Notes: generated from the letters alone by a model not told the origin. 64,000 nucleotides of DNA from Candidatus Hydrogenedentota bacterium (GCA_963668025.2 CAXXTH010000017.1:352001-416000), one strand, 5' to 3'; shown: positions 49,401 through 57,585, counted from the first letter of the stretch. A program made the numbers and translations.

Positions 49401-50181
49401 CCGCCGCTGCGTATTTCTCCTGGTCCACCTCGCCCAGCGCCATGACAAAGGCGAAGATGCGGTTCTTGTTGTAGCGCAGGTTTCGCTCGAAGTCGCCGGG
49501 CTGCACGCCGCCGAACGATAGAGCGGCGCGGCTGGCGAAACCGAGGGCATAGATGGCCGCCGACACATCATGGCCGAAGGGCACGAGGCGCGTCTCCCAG
49601 CCCAACTGCACGCCTTCGGCGGCGAGCTGTTCTGCGAAGGTCACGCCATCGACCGCACCCGCCATGAAGACATACAGGTTCTTCTCCTGCAACTGCCGGG
49701 CGATCTTCACCGCCGTGGCGTTGTCCGGCGCGGCTCCCACCACGGCCGCGAAACCGGGCGCGGTGCCATCCACGAATTCGATGCCGCGTTCGCGCATGAT
49801 CACGTCGTTGGCCGCACCGAGCCAGATCCCATCGACGGGATTCGGGCCGATCAGATATTTGCACGCTTCGATGGCCTCGAAGGCAAACAGCGTAGCCACG
49901 CCCGCGTCGAGTGCGTCGCCCAGATAGGGCAGCCATACATTCTCGGATGGCGGCTCGGGCAGCAGGTTGTGGCAGTCTTGCATCACCTCGACGAGGTCGC
50001 TTAGTTTCTGCACTTTCCGGCCCGTAAACGAATAAATGACCGGAAGATAATAGGCCGTGCCGGGGAATCCCACGGGATGCTCGGCCCCCTTGGCTTCGAT
50101 AGTCCGCGCAAGCATGGCGTTGGCCCGCTCGACGGCTTCCTTGGCTCCTACGATGGCGTCGGTGCAAATGGCCTTAGACAT
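46435..50181 (-). CDS. acsB: Fused acetyl-CoA synthase (AcsB) plus CoFeSP small subunit (AcsD)
   Basis: About 730 N-terminal aa with A-cluster ligands (CLLCQSF, HVC, LCGAY, SCGCFE); Pro/Ala linker; C-terminal GGTRG...PFHYFEG...ALEVFD...SPIDVNLAKQLN...ALGYGLEY...MERIRL (AcsD). Confidence 0.93.
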   Translation of the reverse strand: MSKAICTDAIVGAKEAVERANAMLARTIEAKGAEHPVGFPGTAYYLPVIYSFTGRKVQKLSDLVEVMQDCHNLLPEPPSENVWLPYLGDALDAGVATLFAFEAIEACKYLIGPNPVDGIWLGAANDVIMRERGIEFVDGTAPGFAAVVGAAPDNATAVKIARQLQEKNLYVFMAGAVDGVTFAEQLAAEGVQLGWETRLVPFGHDVSAAIYALGFASRAALSFGGVQPGDFERNLRYNKNRIFAFVMALGEVDQEKYAAAAGAINYGFPTIADTDIPEILPTGVCTYEHVVSNVPLDRIVERSLEVRGCKIKVANVPVPVPYGPAFEGERIRKADVHAEFGGNITPAFEFATMVELDDINDGEIEIIGPDIDQVPEGTALPLAIWVEVAGRKMQSDFEPILERQIHHLLNGAEGLWHMGQRDIVWTRVSKGGFAKGLRLKHYGEILHAKFLDEYPAIVDKVKVTLVTEKEEVERRLAHARKVYIERNHRLAAMTDESVETFYSCLLCQSFAPDHVCIITPERLGLCGAYNWLDGKAAHEIDETGPNQPVEKGRCLDPKRGIWEGVNEYVYKNSHKAIKSFTAYSIMDNPMTSCGCFESIVAYVPECNGVMIVNREFPGDTPIGMPFSSLAGMVGGGVQTPGFMGVGKAFLSSPKFLYADGGLARVVWMPKELKDILADDFKSRAKALELPDLWGKIADETIATDPQEIKAYMEKVGHPAVTMEDMATMWVGKEDVYEMASPEAKAEASAPKAAPKPEPKFVAIAPKAKPAESAAALSTPPAPAPPAAAHIPGSNGGAGDLLSALFKQITDTVSAQLKDTLKTELVPELRKSIMEDIKASLKEELEVKPSPDLKRELLVDVVGAIAGVLQGIAPLGMAIAAPPMAPAPATLPLSPIAEAPVKPVIEVVEVKAPTRYAAEKLAEVSAFALPSESPGETIQAVVLGATSADGGTRGRTVALGGQNCLPFHYFEGSIPNSPVFALEVFDTVSPKLSPVLRGVWGDLAAKPAEMAKAAVEQYGAEIISVRLEGTHPEKGGKSPDDALALVKDILAAVDVPLIITGHSHFDSTNEVMKKVASGCAGERLLLNWVEGDNYRTIAGAALAYGHCVVAQSPIDVNLAKQLNILLGNMDLPRDRIIMDPMVGALGYGLEYTFSVMERIRLTGFGGDASLAFPLFGHVGQEAWKAKEGHALESSFPNWGAIEKRAVLWEVQTAMTLLTSGADLLILHHPESLEILRRNVQKLSANNRPE

Positions 50182-52129
50182 TGAGCGCTCTCCGGTCTTT
50201 CATGTCGAACAGTTTACGTTCCGCTTTCTTGTTGATCCCCAGGGCGTCGCGCTTCTTCTCGATATGGGCGCAGATCACCTCGATAGCCTTATGGACATCG
50301 GACTCGTAATGGAACTTGGCCCCCACTTCGGCCTCGAGGCCTTGCGTGAGGTATTCGGTGACATTCTTCGAGCCCATGGTGTGGAAAGGATGGCCCAGCA
50401 CCACATCCACGCCCGACGCCACGAAGTAATGGCCGATAGCCACGGCCTTTTCGCTCATCCACTCGGGGGCCGCGCCGATGGCGGGCACCTCGGAGAGGTC
50501 GTTGCCGAGTCCGCCTTCTTCAACGATGTACGTAGCGGCCATGAGAATACGGGAGTTGTCCACGCACGAACCCATATGCAGCACCGGCGGAATGCCCACC
50601 GCCTCGCACACTTCGCGCAGGCTGTCGCCCGCCATTTGAAGAGCCGTCTCGGGCGTGAGCAGCCCCGCTTTGCCGCAGGCCACCGCCGCGCAACCCGTCT
50701 GCAAGACGAGCACATTGCGCTTGATCAGCTCCTTGGCCAACGTGAGGATGTATTCATCCATCTTGCCGTGGCGCGCATTGGTGCAGCCCACGATGCCGCA
50801 CACGCCGCGAATGCGGCCCGTGATGATGGCGTCATTGAGCGGGCGGAAGCTCTTGCGGAATGTGCCGCCTAGGATGTTGAAAATCGTCTCCGTGCTGAAT
50901 CCAGCCACGAGCGGACTGCGGTGATCGGGGATGGCCACCTTTTTCGGATCCCGGTTCGGGAAATTATCAATGGCTTTCCAGAGAATCGCCTTGGCGGACG
51001 CCAGGCCGTCCTCGGGCTCGTAGTTCACCGGCTCCGCGCCGATATTCATGGCGATGGGGCTGGTGGTCAGAATCTTGGTGTGGTAGCACTTCGCCACTTC
51101 CGGCAGCGAGGCCATGCAGCACTGCACATCGGTGATCATGAGTTCGACGGCGCCCGTGATGATGGCGAGTTCCTGCTGAAGGAAATTACCCGCCACGGAT
51201 ACGCCGTGGCGCATGAGCACTTCGTTTGCCGTGCAGCAGATGCCCGCGAGGTTGATCCCCTCCGCGCCCACTTTCTTCGCGGCGGCCACCATCTCGGGGT
51301 CGTTCGCCGCCACCACCAGCATCTCCGTGAGCGCCGGTTCATGGCCATGCACGAGGACATTCACCATTTTTTCTTCGAGGACGCCCAAATTCGCCTTGGC
51401 CTTAACGGGCTTTGGCGTGCCGAACAGGATGTCGCTCACGGCAGTGGCGATCATTGAACCGCCCCAGCCATCGGCAAGGGACGTTTTGAGTGCGCCTCGA
51501 ATGATGTTTTTATAGTCATGGTCCACGCCGATATGGGTGCGGTGCAGGCATTCCACTACGGAGGCGTCCACGCCGCCCGGTGCGATTTTCATGTGGTCCC
51601 ACACGCTTTGGCGTGGCTTGGGCGCCAGTTCGAGGGTTTTCAGTTTGCCTTCCTGCAAGCGGAATTCATCCAGAAACAGCTCGGCCAGATTGCGCACGAC
51701 ATCAAGGGTGTCCACACCCGCTTCCTCGACGCCCCATGCCCGGGCGGCGGAGCGCAGCTTGCGCTCGTCGCTGATCTTGTAATCGCCGCCGTTGCCTTCG
51801 CCGACGCGCTTAAGCAACAGCACCAAGTGGCGGCCATGGTCCGAATGGGCCGCCGTGCCAGCCGCCACTTCACGGAGCAGATTGCGCGCCACGACGGTGT
51901 CCAGGGTCGCGCCGCATACGCCCGGCGTGAAGTCAGATATCTTGCAAGGCCCCATATGGCAAATGCGGCAGCACGTGCCTTCCGAGCCAAAGGTGCAGGG
52001 CTTACCTTGTTCATCCGCCCTCGAGAAAGCATCGTTCTCGACGCCGTCCGCATCGGCTTTCCTGAGCATTTCGATGCTTGCCTGATCAACGGCCAAGTCT
52101 TCGATGCGCCGCTCACGATCATCCGCCAT
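50174..52129 (-). CDS. cooS: Anaerobic Ni-CO dehydrogenase catalytic subunit (AcsA)
   Basis: CTFGSEGTCCRICHMGPC, HSDH, HGHEP, GICCT, DVQC, GCTN, TGC, GSCVDNSR and PEWMSEKA motifs. Confidence 0.97.
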   Translation of the reverse strand: MADDRERRIEDLAVDQASIEMLRKADADGVENDAFSRADEQGKPCTFGSEGTCCRICHMGPCKISDFTPGVCGATLDTVVARNLLREVAAGTAAHSDHGRHLVLLLKRVGEGNGGDYKISDERKLRSAARAWGVEEAGVDTLDVVRNLAELFLDEFRLQEGKLKTLELAPKPRQSVWDHMKIAPGGVDASVVECLHRTHIGVDHDYKNIIRGALKTSLADGWGGSMIATAVSDILFGTPKPVKAKANLGVLEEKMVNVLVHGHEPALTEMLVVAANDPEMVAAAKKVGAEGINLAGICCTANEVLMRHGVSVAGNFLQQELAIITGAVELMITDVQCCMASLPEVAKCYHTKILTTSPIAMNIGAEPVNYEPEDGLASAKAILWKAIDNFPNRDPKKVAIPDHRSPLVAGFSTETIFNILGGTFRKSFRPLNDAIITGRIRGVCGIVGCTNARHGKMDEYILTLAKELIKRNVLVLQTGCAAVACGKAGLLTPETALQMAGDSLREVCEAVGIPPVLHMGSCVDNSRILMAATYIVEEGGLGNDLSEVPAIGAAPEWMSEKAVAIGHYFVASGVDVVLGHPFHTMGSKNVTEYLTQGLEAEVGAKFHYESDVHKAIEVICAHIEKKRDALGINKKAERKLFDMKDRRALNV

Positions 52130-52161
52130 TATCTATCCTCTCCAGTTGGCTCGCGTGCAAT

Positions 52162-52512
52162 CTACTGATTGCCCTTAGGAGCAAAGGTCTTTTCTTCGGT
52201 CGTCCATTGCATAAACTCCACGACCGTTCCCGCGTCGTATATAAAAGCGGCCACCACGTTCTCCATGGCCTGGAACGGGCCAAGAATCACGTTCTTGCCT
52301 GAGATTTCCCGTTCCAAATCATCCGTCGTGAAGGCCAAGTGCGGCTGCATGCGCAACGGGCCCGTGACGGGCGAATCGGATTCATAGCGCAAATACTCGA
52401 TTCGATACGGATGATTGCCCGGCTCCGTCACGAACACCTTCGTCTCCGCCACGTAAATCTCGCCGTCGTGTTTTTCATCCGTCGGCAGTCCCAAATGATG
52501 AAACTCTCGCAT
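52162..52512 (-). CDS. Small VOC/glyoxalase-like protein
   Basis: FHHLG...IEYL...PHLAF...DDL...VEFM pattern; GGGAG RBS. Confidence 0.65.
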   Translation of the reverse strand: MREFHHLGLPTDEKHDGEIYVAETKVFVTEPGNHPYRIEYLRYESDSPVTGPLRMQPHLAFTTDDLEREISGKNVILGPFQAMENVVAAFIYDAGTVVEFMQWTTEEKTFAPKGNQ

Positions 52513-52529
52513 GGCTTTCTCTCCCTTAG

Positions 52530-52577
52530 GTACCATGGCCGTCCCAGCCATGCGCATGGGCGGGACGCCCATGCTAC
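52530..52577. repeat. REP doublet within the acs operon
   Basis: GTACCATGGCCGTCCCAGCCATG-CG-CATGGGCGGGACGCCCATGCTAC; the right unit is identical to 13569-13591. Confidence 0.8.
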
Positions 52578-52616
52578 GGTATTCAAGATCATGAGCCGCT
52601 CTAGCAAAAAATGGCG

Positions 52617-53378
52617 TCAAGCCGCCATGTATCCGAGCATGTGTTCCGCCGCTTGGTATGCGGCGCTATTCTTGGATAGCTCGAACACAGGCGCGCCGGT
52701 GGCGTCTTGCCTGGCCACCTCGGGGTCTTCCGGCAGGCCGCCAAGCACCTTCACGGGAGTGCCCGCGAACAGCTCTTCGGCGCGGGCCAGGCAGGCCTCA
52801 TCTCGAAGCCGGTTAATCACGACACCCATGTGACCCGCCTTCATTTCCATCTCGAGGGCGAGGTCATATAGCCGCCGCGCCGTCAAAATGCCGCGCGCGG
52901 AAGGGTCGGCCACGAATACCAGCCAATCCGTTTGCTGCACGGTGCGGCGGCTCAGATTTTCAAGTCCTGCTTCGTTATCTATCACCACGGCGGGGTACTG
53001 GCCAGATAATTTCGATAGCACGCCCCGCAACACATTATTCGCGTAACAGTAACAGCCGGGGCCTTCCGAGCGGCCCATGGCGATCAGGTCGAACCCTTGC
53101 GCCTCGACCAGCGACTCCTGGATCTTCATGTCCAGCAAGTCCTGTTTGCTGACACCCCCCGCAATGCCCGCTTGCGCGATGGCCTTGGCCTCCTCGCGCA
53201 CGCCGCCCACGGTGTTCGACACCTGCACGCCCAGCAGCGCATCGAGGCACATGTTCGGATCGGCGTCCACGGCCAATACGGGGCCTTTGCCCCATTCGCC
53301 CAATAGGCGCACCGCTAACGCCGCCAGCGTGGTTTTCCCTACGCCGCCCTTGCCTGTCACCGCCAGCGTCCAGCTCAT
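52617..53378 (-). CDS. cooC: CooC/AcsF nickel-insertion ATPase
   Basis: GKGGVGKT, DADPN, GCYC and DNEAGLENLSR motifs. Confidence 0.93.
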   Translation of the reverse strand: MSWTLAVTGKGGVGKTTLAALAVRLLGEWGKGPVLAVDADPNMCLDALLGVQVSNTVGGVREEAKAIAQAGIAGGVSKQDLLDMKIQESLVEAQGFDLIAMGRSEGPGCYCYANNVLRGVLSKLSGQYPAVVIDNEAGLENLSRRTVQQTDWLVFVADPSARGILTARRLYDLALEMEMKAGHMGVVINRLRDEACLARAEELFAGTPVKVLGGLPEDPEVARQDATGAPVFELSKNSAAYQAAEHMLGYMAA

Positions 53379-54289
53379 CCCAAGATCTTCTTCATGGTTT
53401 CAGCGACGGCTTTAATATGCGCGGGCGAAGAGCCACAGCAACCGCCAATGAATTTCGCACCAGCCTTCAACAGCACCGGAACGGCATGCTCATATACATC
53501 AGGCGTGGCCTTGAACACTGTCTTGCCGTTTTCATCCACCATGGGTTTGCCCGCGTTGCCTTTCACCCAGATGGGCACATCATCGCCGCATTGGGCGAAC
53601 AACTCGGCGATATGGGCGAAAGTCTCGATGCCCGCCCCGCAGTTCGCGCCCACGAAGCTCGCGCCCATGGACTTCGCCAGTTCATAGGTCTGGAGGATGC
53701 TGACGCCCATCATGGTGAATTCATTGTTTTCACCCGAATCGAAGGTCATCGACACGCCCACCGGGAGTTCCGGCGCGCCGCGCAGGCAGCCGCGCAATGC
53801 CGCCGCCACTTCCACCAGATCGCTCTGCGTCTCGACGACAATCGCATCAGCCCCGCCATCGGCGAAAGCCTTGGCTTGTTCCGCGGCGGACGCCTCGACC
53901 TCTTCCTCGGACACTTCGCCCATCATGACGATCTTGCCGCAGGGACCGAGCGAGCCGAATACATAGGCTTTGCCCAATGCCGCTTTCTTCGAGATCTCCG
54001 CACCGGCTTTGGTCAGTTCATACGCCCGCTCCGCGATGCCGTGCTTGGCGAGTACGATGTGGTTGCTGTTGAAGGTATTGGTCAGGATGACCTGCGAGCC
54101 CGCGTCCACATAGCCCTTGGCCACTTGGAATACCTTGTCCGGCTCGTCCACATTCCACGTATCACACATCTGGCCCGGTTTCGCGCCGAGTTTCGCCATT
54201 TCGGTGCCCCAAGCGCCGTCCGTGCATAACGGGGGGAGGTCTTTGAAGTTTTCTTTGGTCAGTTTCTTCGTCGCATCAAACTGCATCAT
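53375..54289 (-). CDS. Stand-alone homocysteine S-methyltransferase domain (MetH N-terminal module)
   Basis: DGAWGT, AGSQVILTNTF, GSLGP, ETQSD, and the Zn ligands GANCG and GGCCG. Confidence 0.9.
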   Translation of the reverse strand: MMQFDATKKLTKENFKDLPPLCTDGAWGTEMAKLGAKPGQMCDTWNVDEPDKVFQVAKGYVDAGSQVILTNTFNSNHIVLAKHGIAERAYELTKAGAEISKKAALGKAYVFGSLGPCGKIVMMGEVSEEEVEASAAEQAKAFADGGADAIVVETQSDLVEVAAALRGCLRGAPELPVGVSMTFDSGENNEFTMMGVSILQTYELAKSMGASFVGANCGAGIETFAHIAELFAQCGDDVPIWVKGNAGKPMVDENGKTVFKATPDVYEHAVPVLLKAGAKFIGGCCGSSPAHIKAVAETMKKILG

Positions 54290-54318
54290 ATGCCTCGCTT
54301 TCTTATGGGCTCCCGCCG

Positions 54319-55386
54319 TTAAAATCCGTACTTGCTCTTCAGCAGTTGGCTCGTCGCGCCGAGTTTCTGGAACACCTGCTCCGCGTCCGCCACTTCCATC
54401 GAGCCCGTGCCGCACGACGGCGTGATAAAGGCCTGTTCCAGAATCACTTGCTTGTCGATGCCCGCCTTCTGCGCTAGATTGTCTGCAAGCGTCTCAAACC
54501 TCGCCGCCAAGCCTTCCGGACTCTGTTCACGGATAGCAGGACTTGTCGGTACTACGCCCCAGGCCAGCGCGTTATGGTTGTCCATAAGATGGCGCTTCAT
54601 AGGCTCGGGATACAGGGCCACGGTTTCACCATAGTCAAATGCATCGAAGTTCAGGATATCGACACCCGCGTCCACGAGGATGGACCACTCGGTGTTGCCG
54701 CAGCAGTGGATGCCCGCGAATGCGCCTTCCAGGTGGACCGCCTCGATCACTTCGTTCAACCGCGCCACCACGTCATCGCGTTGCACGGACACGTAGGTCG
54801 AACTGCCGAAGGCCGACAAGATGGGCTCGTCAATGAAGCAGATGATATTTTCCGCATAGGGTTTGAACTTCTGGATCTGCCAGCGACATTTCATGGCCAG
54901 GGCCTTCACCACGACATCCAGGAACTCTTCGTTGTAATAAATGGCGCGCTTGTTCTCGTCCACGATGGTCAGTGCAAAACTGATGGGGCCGGTGGTTTGG
55001 CATTTGATGTACGGCAGCTTGGCCCCCAGCGATTTCACTTTCGCCTCGAGGGCGGGAATGCCCGCGCTGAACGCCGGGCTGATGGCCCCCGCCGAGCAGT
55101 CGTTCTCTTCTTCCGCCAGCATGTAGCCTTCATAAAACGCCGCCAGCTCTTCCGAGTAATCGCCCGAGGTGTCGATGTACATGCGCGACTTCGCCTCGTC
55201 GATTACGACGCGCGGGACGCCCTCGGAATACTGGATCTCCATCTGCTCGTGCAAGCCCAGCTTGGGCAATTGCGGCCAGATGGGGGCTGTGGGGATGCTG
55301 CTGAAGATCAGCTCGATGGCCTTCGCGGGGTCCGCATAAGGCAGCGAACCAATCGCCGTGGCTGTGCATTTCGCCTTGATGTCCAT
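54319..55386 (-). CDS. Core MetE-like (MesB-type) methionine synthase
   Basis: TAIGSLP, WPQLP, TGPIS, IDEP, GIHCC, WGVVPT and TPSCG motifs; no MetE N-terminal half. Confidence 0.8.
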   Translation of the reverse strand: MDIKAKCTATAIGSLPYADPAKAIELIFSSIPTAPIWPQLPKLGLHEQMEIQYSEGVPRVVIDEAKSRMYIDTSGDYSEELAAFYEGYMLAEEENDCSAGAISPAFSAGIPALEAKVKSLGAKLPYIKCQTTGPISFALTIVDENKRAIYYNEEFLDVVVKALAMKCRWQIQKFKPYAENIICFIDEPILSAFGSSTYVSVQRDDVVARLNEVIEAVHLEGAFAGIHCCGNTEWSILVDAGVDILNFDAFDYGETVALYPEPMKRHLMDNHNALAWGVVPTSPAIREQSPEGLAARFETLADNLAQKAGIDKQVILEQAFITPSCGTGSMEVADAEQVFQKLGATSQLLKSKYGF

Positions 55387-55455
55387 AGTTTGCTCTCCTT
55401 ACTGCTTTGCGTTTCAGCAGGGCGTCTATTATCCGAAATAGGCCCCGGGGCCCCA

Positions 55456-56259
55456 TTATACCAGCTTGGCTTCACTTCCAATGCGCGCTTTAGCGCTCTC
55501 CCACAACTCCTCAAATACGCCTCTTAGCCGTTCATCGGCGATATCCACCAGCGGTGCGCTGTCGCGGTCCGCCCGGCGAATCGTTTCGTCATACGGCAGC
55601 CAGCCCAGCACATCCTCGCCCGCGCACGCTTGCGTGATGAACGCATGGTCTTCCGGCGACGCGATTTTATTGGCGATGACCGCCACGCGCTGGACGCCGA
55701 TCTCCGCCGCCATGCGCCGCACCGCCGCTGCTGTTTCGACCGAACGCGCGCCGGGCTCCACCACCACCACCATGAGGTCCACGCCCTTGGCCGTCGCCCG
55801 GCCCAAATGCTCCAGGCCCGCTTCGAAATCAATAATGACGCAATCGTCTTTATACAGAATCACGTCCGTCATCAACGCCCGCAGCATCACGCTCTCGGGG
55901 CACGCGCACCCCGAGCCGCCGCTCTCGACCGCTCCCAACACCAGCAGATGAATGCCCCGGAATGAAGCCGATTCCTGTTCGGCGATATCCGACACATGGG
56001 GATTGAGTTTGAAAATTTGGCCGTATTGCTTGACCTTCGCGCCCGTGCGCTCCTCGATAAGGGCGCGCCGCTCCGAGAGGGGGATGATCGCGTTACGGCC
56101 TTCCAGAGGCATGCCGAGGGCCTCCGCCAGGTTCGCATCCGGATCAGCGTCCACCGCCAGCACGCGCAACCCTTCGGCAGCCGCCAAATGGGCGAACATC
56201 GCCGCGATAGTGGACTTGCCCACGCCGCCTTTGCCGCTGACCGCGATCTTGAATCCCAT
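55456..56259 (-). CDS. cooC: CooC nickel-insertion ATPase (second paralog)
   Basis: GKGGVGKS, DADPDANL, GCACPE and DFEAGLEHLGR motifs. Confidence 0.93.
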   Translation of the reverse strand: MGFKIAVSGKGGVGKSTIAAMFAHLAAAEGLRVLAVDADPDANLAEALGMPLEGRNAIIPLSERRALIEERTGAKVKQYGQIFKLNPHVSDIAEQESASFRGIHLLVLGAVESGGSGCACPESVMLRALMTDVILYKDDCVIIDFEAGLEHLGRATAKGVDLMVVVVEPGARSVETAAAVRRMAAEIGVQRVAVIANKIASPEDHAFITQACAGEDVLGWLPYDETIRRADRDSAPLVDIADERLRGVFEELWESAKARIGSEAKLV

Positions 56260-56326
56260 GAAGGCCCTTTCTGCTGGGCGGGATTTATAAACTCATCACA
56301 TCACATCACATCAACCCAGCCTCAAA

Positions 56327-56355
56327 ATGGTATCCCAATCATGGCGCGGCGTCAA
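56327..56355 (-). promoter_or_regulatory. Sigma70 promoter of the cooC-acs operon
   Basis: TTGACG-N17-TACCAT. Confidence 0.6.
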
Positions 56356-56436
56356 ACATATTAATTTTTGATTCCGTATTACTGGCTCGCCCTGATTTCT
56401 AGGGCTCTATCCACTGAGATCGTTGTGAGAATCAGA

Positions 56437-56609
56437 TTTTCACCACGGGGGCACGGGGAACACAGGGGAGGTGTTCTGTAGTTATTTTTCCATTGAAGCG
56501 ATGTCTCGGATATATTTAGAGGCATGAATAAAGCATAACTATTGAGCGTATTATTTTAAGCGACTGCATTTTAAGCCGCCCCGTGTTCCCCGTGCCCCCG
56601 TGGTGAAAA
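56437..56609. repeat. Periodic palindromic element with a 27-bp perfect stem
   Basis: TTTTCACCACGGGGGCACGGGGAACAC ... GTGTTCCCCGTGCCCCCGTGGTGAAAA around an AT-rich loop of ~110 nt. Confidence 0.9.
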
Positions 56610-56715
56610 AACCTTGTTATACATCCCGTTTACGTGCGGCTTGCCCTCGCGCGGTTCATCGGGTAATGTGATGGGGCCATGTTAAAGAATAACGGCTCAT
56701 CAAAGGAGAACATCA

Positions 56716-57567
56716 ATGAAACTGAATAAAGAAATGGCGGATATTTATGTGCCCGATGGCCTGGAAATAGACCAAGCCCTCGCGCGCACCACCCATATGG
56801 CGGTTGGAGCCCATCAGGACGACCTCGAGATCATGGCCTTTGCAGGCATACTGGCCTGTTTCCAACGCCCGGACAAATGGTTTTCCGCCGTCGTGGTGAC
56901 GGATGGGCGGGGTTCCGCGCGTGATAACATCTACAAGGACTACACGGACGAGGAAATGCGGCTGGTGCGCCTTAAAGAGCAGAAAAAGGCGGCCTTCGTC
57001 GGCGAATACGCCACGCAAGCGTTTCTGGATTATCCAAGCTCCGCCGTGAAAGACGGGAAAAACAAGGCCCCGGTCGAAGATCTGCACGCGCTATTCACCG
57101 TTGCGAAGCCGGAAGTGGTCTATACGCATAATTTAGGCGACAAACACGACACGCACGTGGGCGTGGCGTTGAAGACCATCGAAGCCCTGCGACGCCTGCC
57201 CGAGGCGGACCGCCCGAAGCAGGTGCTTGGCTGCGAAGTGTGGCGCGATCTCGATTGGATGACCGATTCGGACAAGCTACCCCTCGATTGCTCGCTCCAC
57301 GAAAATCTGCAAGCCGCCTTGTTGGGCGTGTTCGACTCCCAGATCGCTGGCGGCAAGCGCTATGACCTCGCCACGATGGGCCGCCGCAAGGCCCATGCGA
57401 CCTACTTCGCCTCCCACGGCGTCGACGAGACCACCGGCCTGAATTTCGCCATGAACTTGACGCCGCTGGTGCTGGATACGAGCCTGGAGCCGTTATCCTG
57501 GATACAAGCCCATATCGACCGTTTCCGTGAAGAAGTGACCGCACGCATCAACAAACTACAAGGCTGA
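56716..57567 (+). CDS. PIG-L family deacetylase
   Basis: AHQDD, VTDG, RLKEQ, DKHDTH and DSQ motifs. Confidence 0.85.
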   Translation: MKLNKEMADIYVPDGLEIDQALARTTHMAVGAHQDDLEIMAFAGILACFQRPDKWFSAVVVTDGRGSARDNIYKDYTDEEMRLVRLKEQKKAAFVGEYATQAFLDYPSSAVKDGKNKAPVEDLHALFTVAKPEVVYTHNLGDKHDTHVGVALKTIEALRRLPEADRPKQVLGCEVWRDLDWMTDSDKLPLDCSLHENLQAALLGVFDSQIAGGKRYDLATMGRRKAHATYFASHGVDETTGLNFAMNLTPLVLDTSLEPLSWIQAHIDRFREEVTARINKLQG

Positions 57568-57585
57568 TCGTTGAATGTGAGGAGT

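Noticed and set aside
52513-52620. N-terminal extension of the small VOC protein shown in the ORF track
   Set aside because: It is a translation of the REP doublet. A better start with an RBS lies at 52512.
42951-56259. Evidence of autotrophy through a complete Wood-Ljungdahl pathway
   Set aside because: Only the carbonyl branch and CoFeSP are present. acsE and the methyl-branch genes are not in the window.
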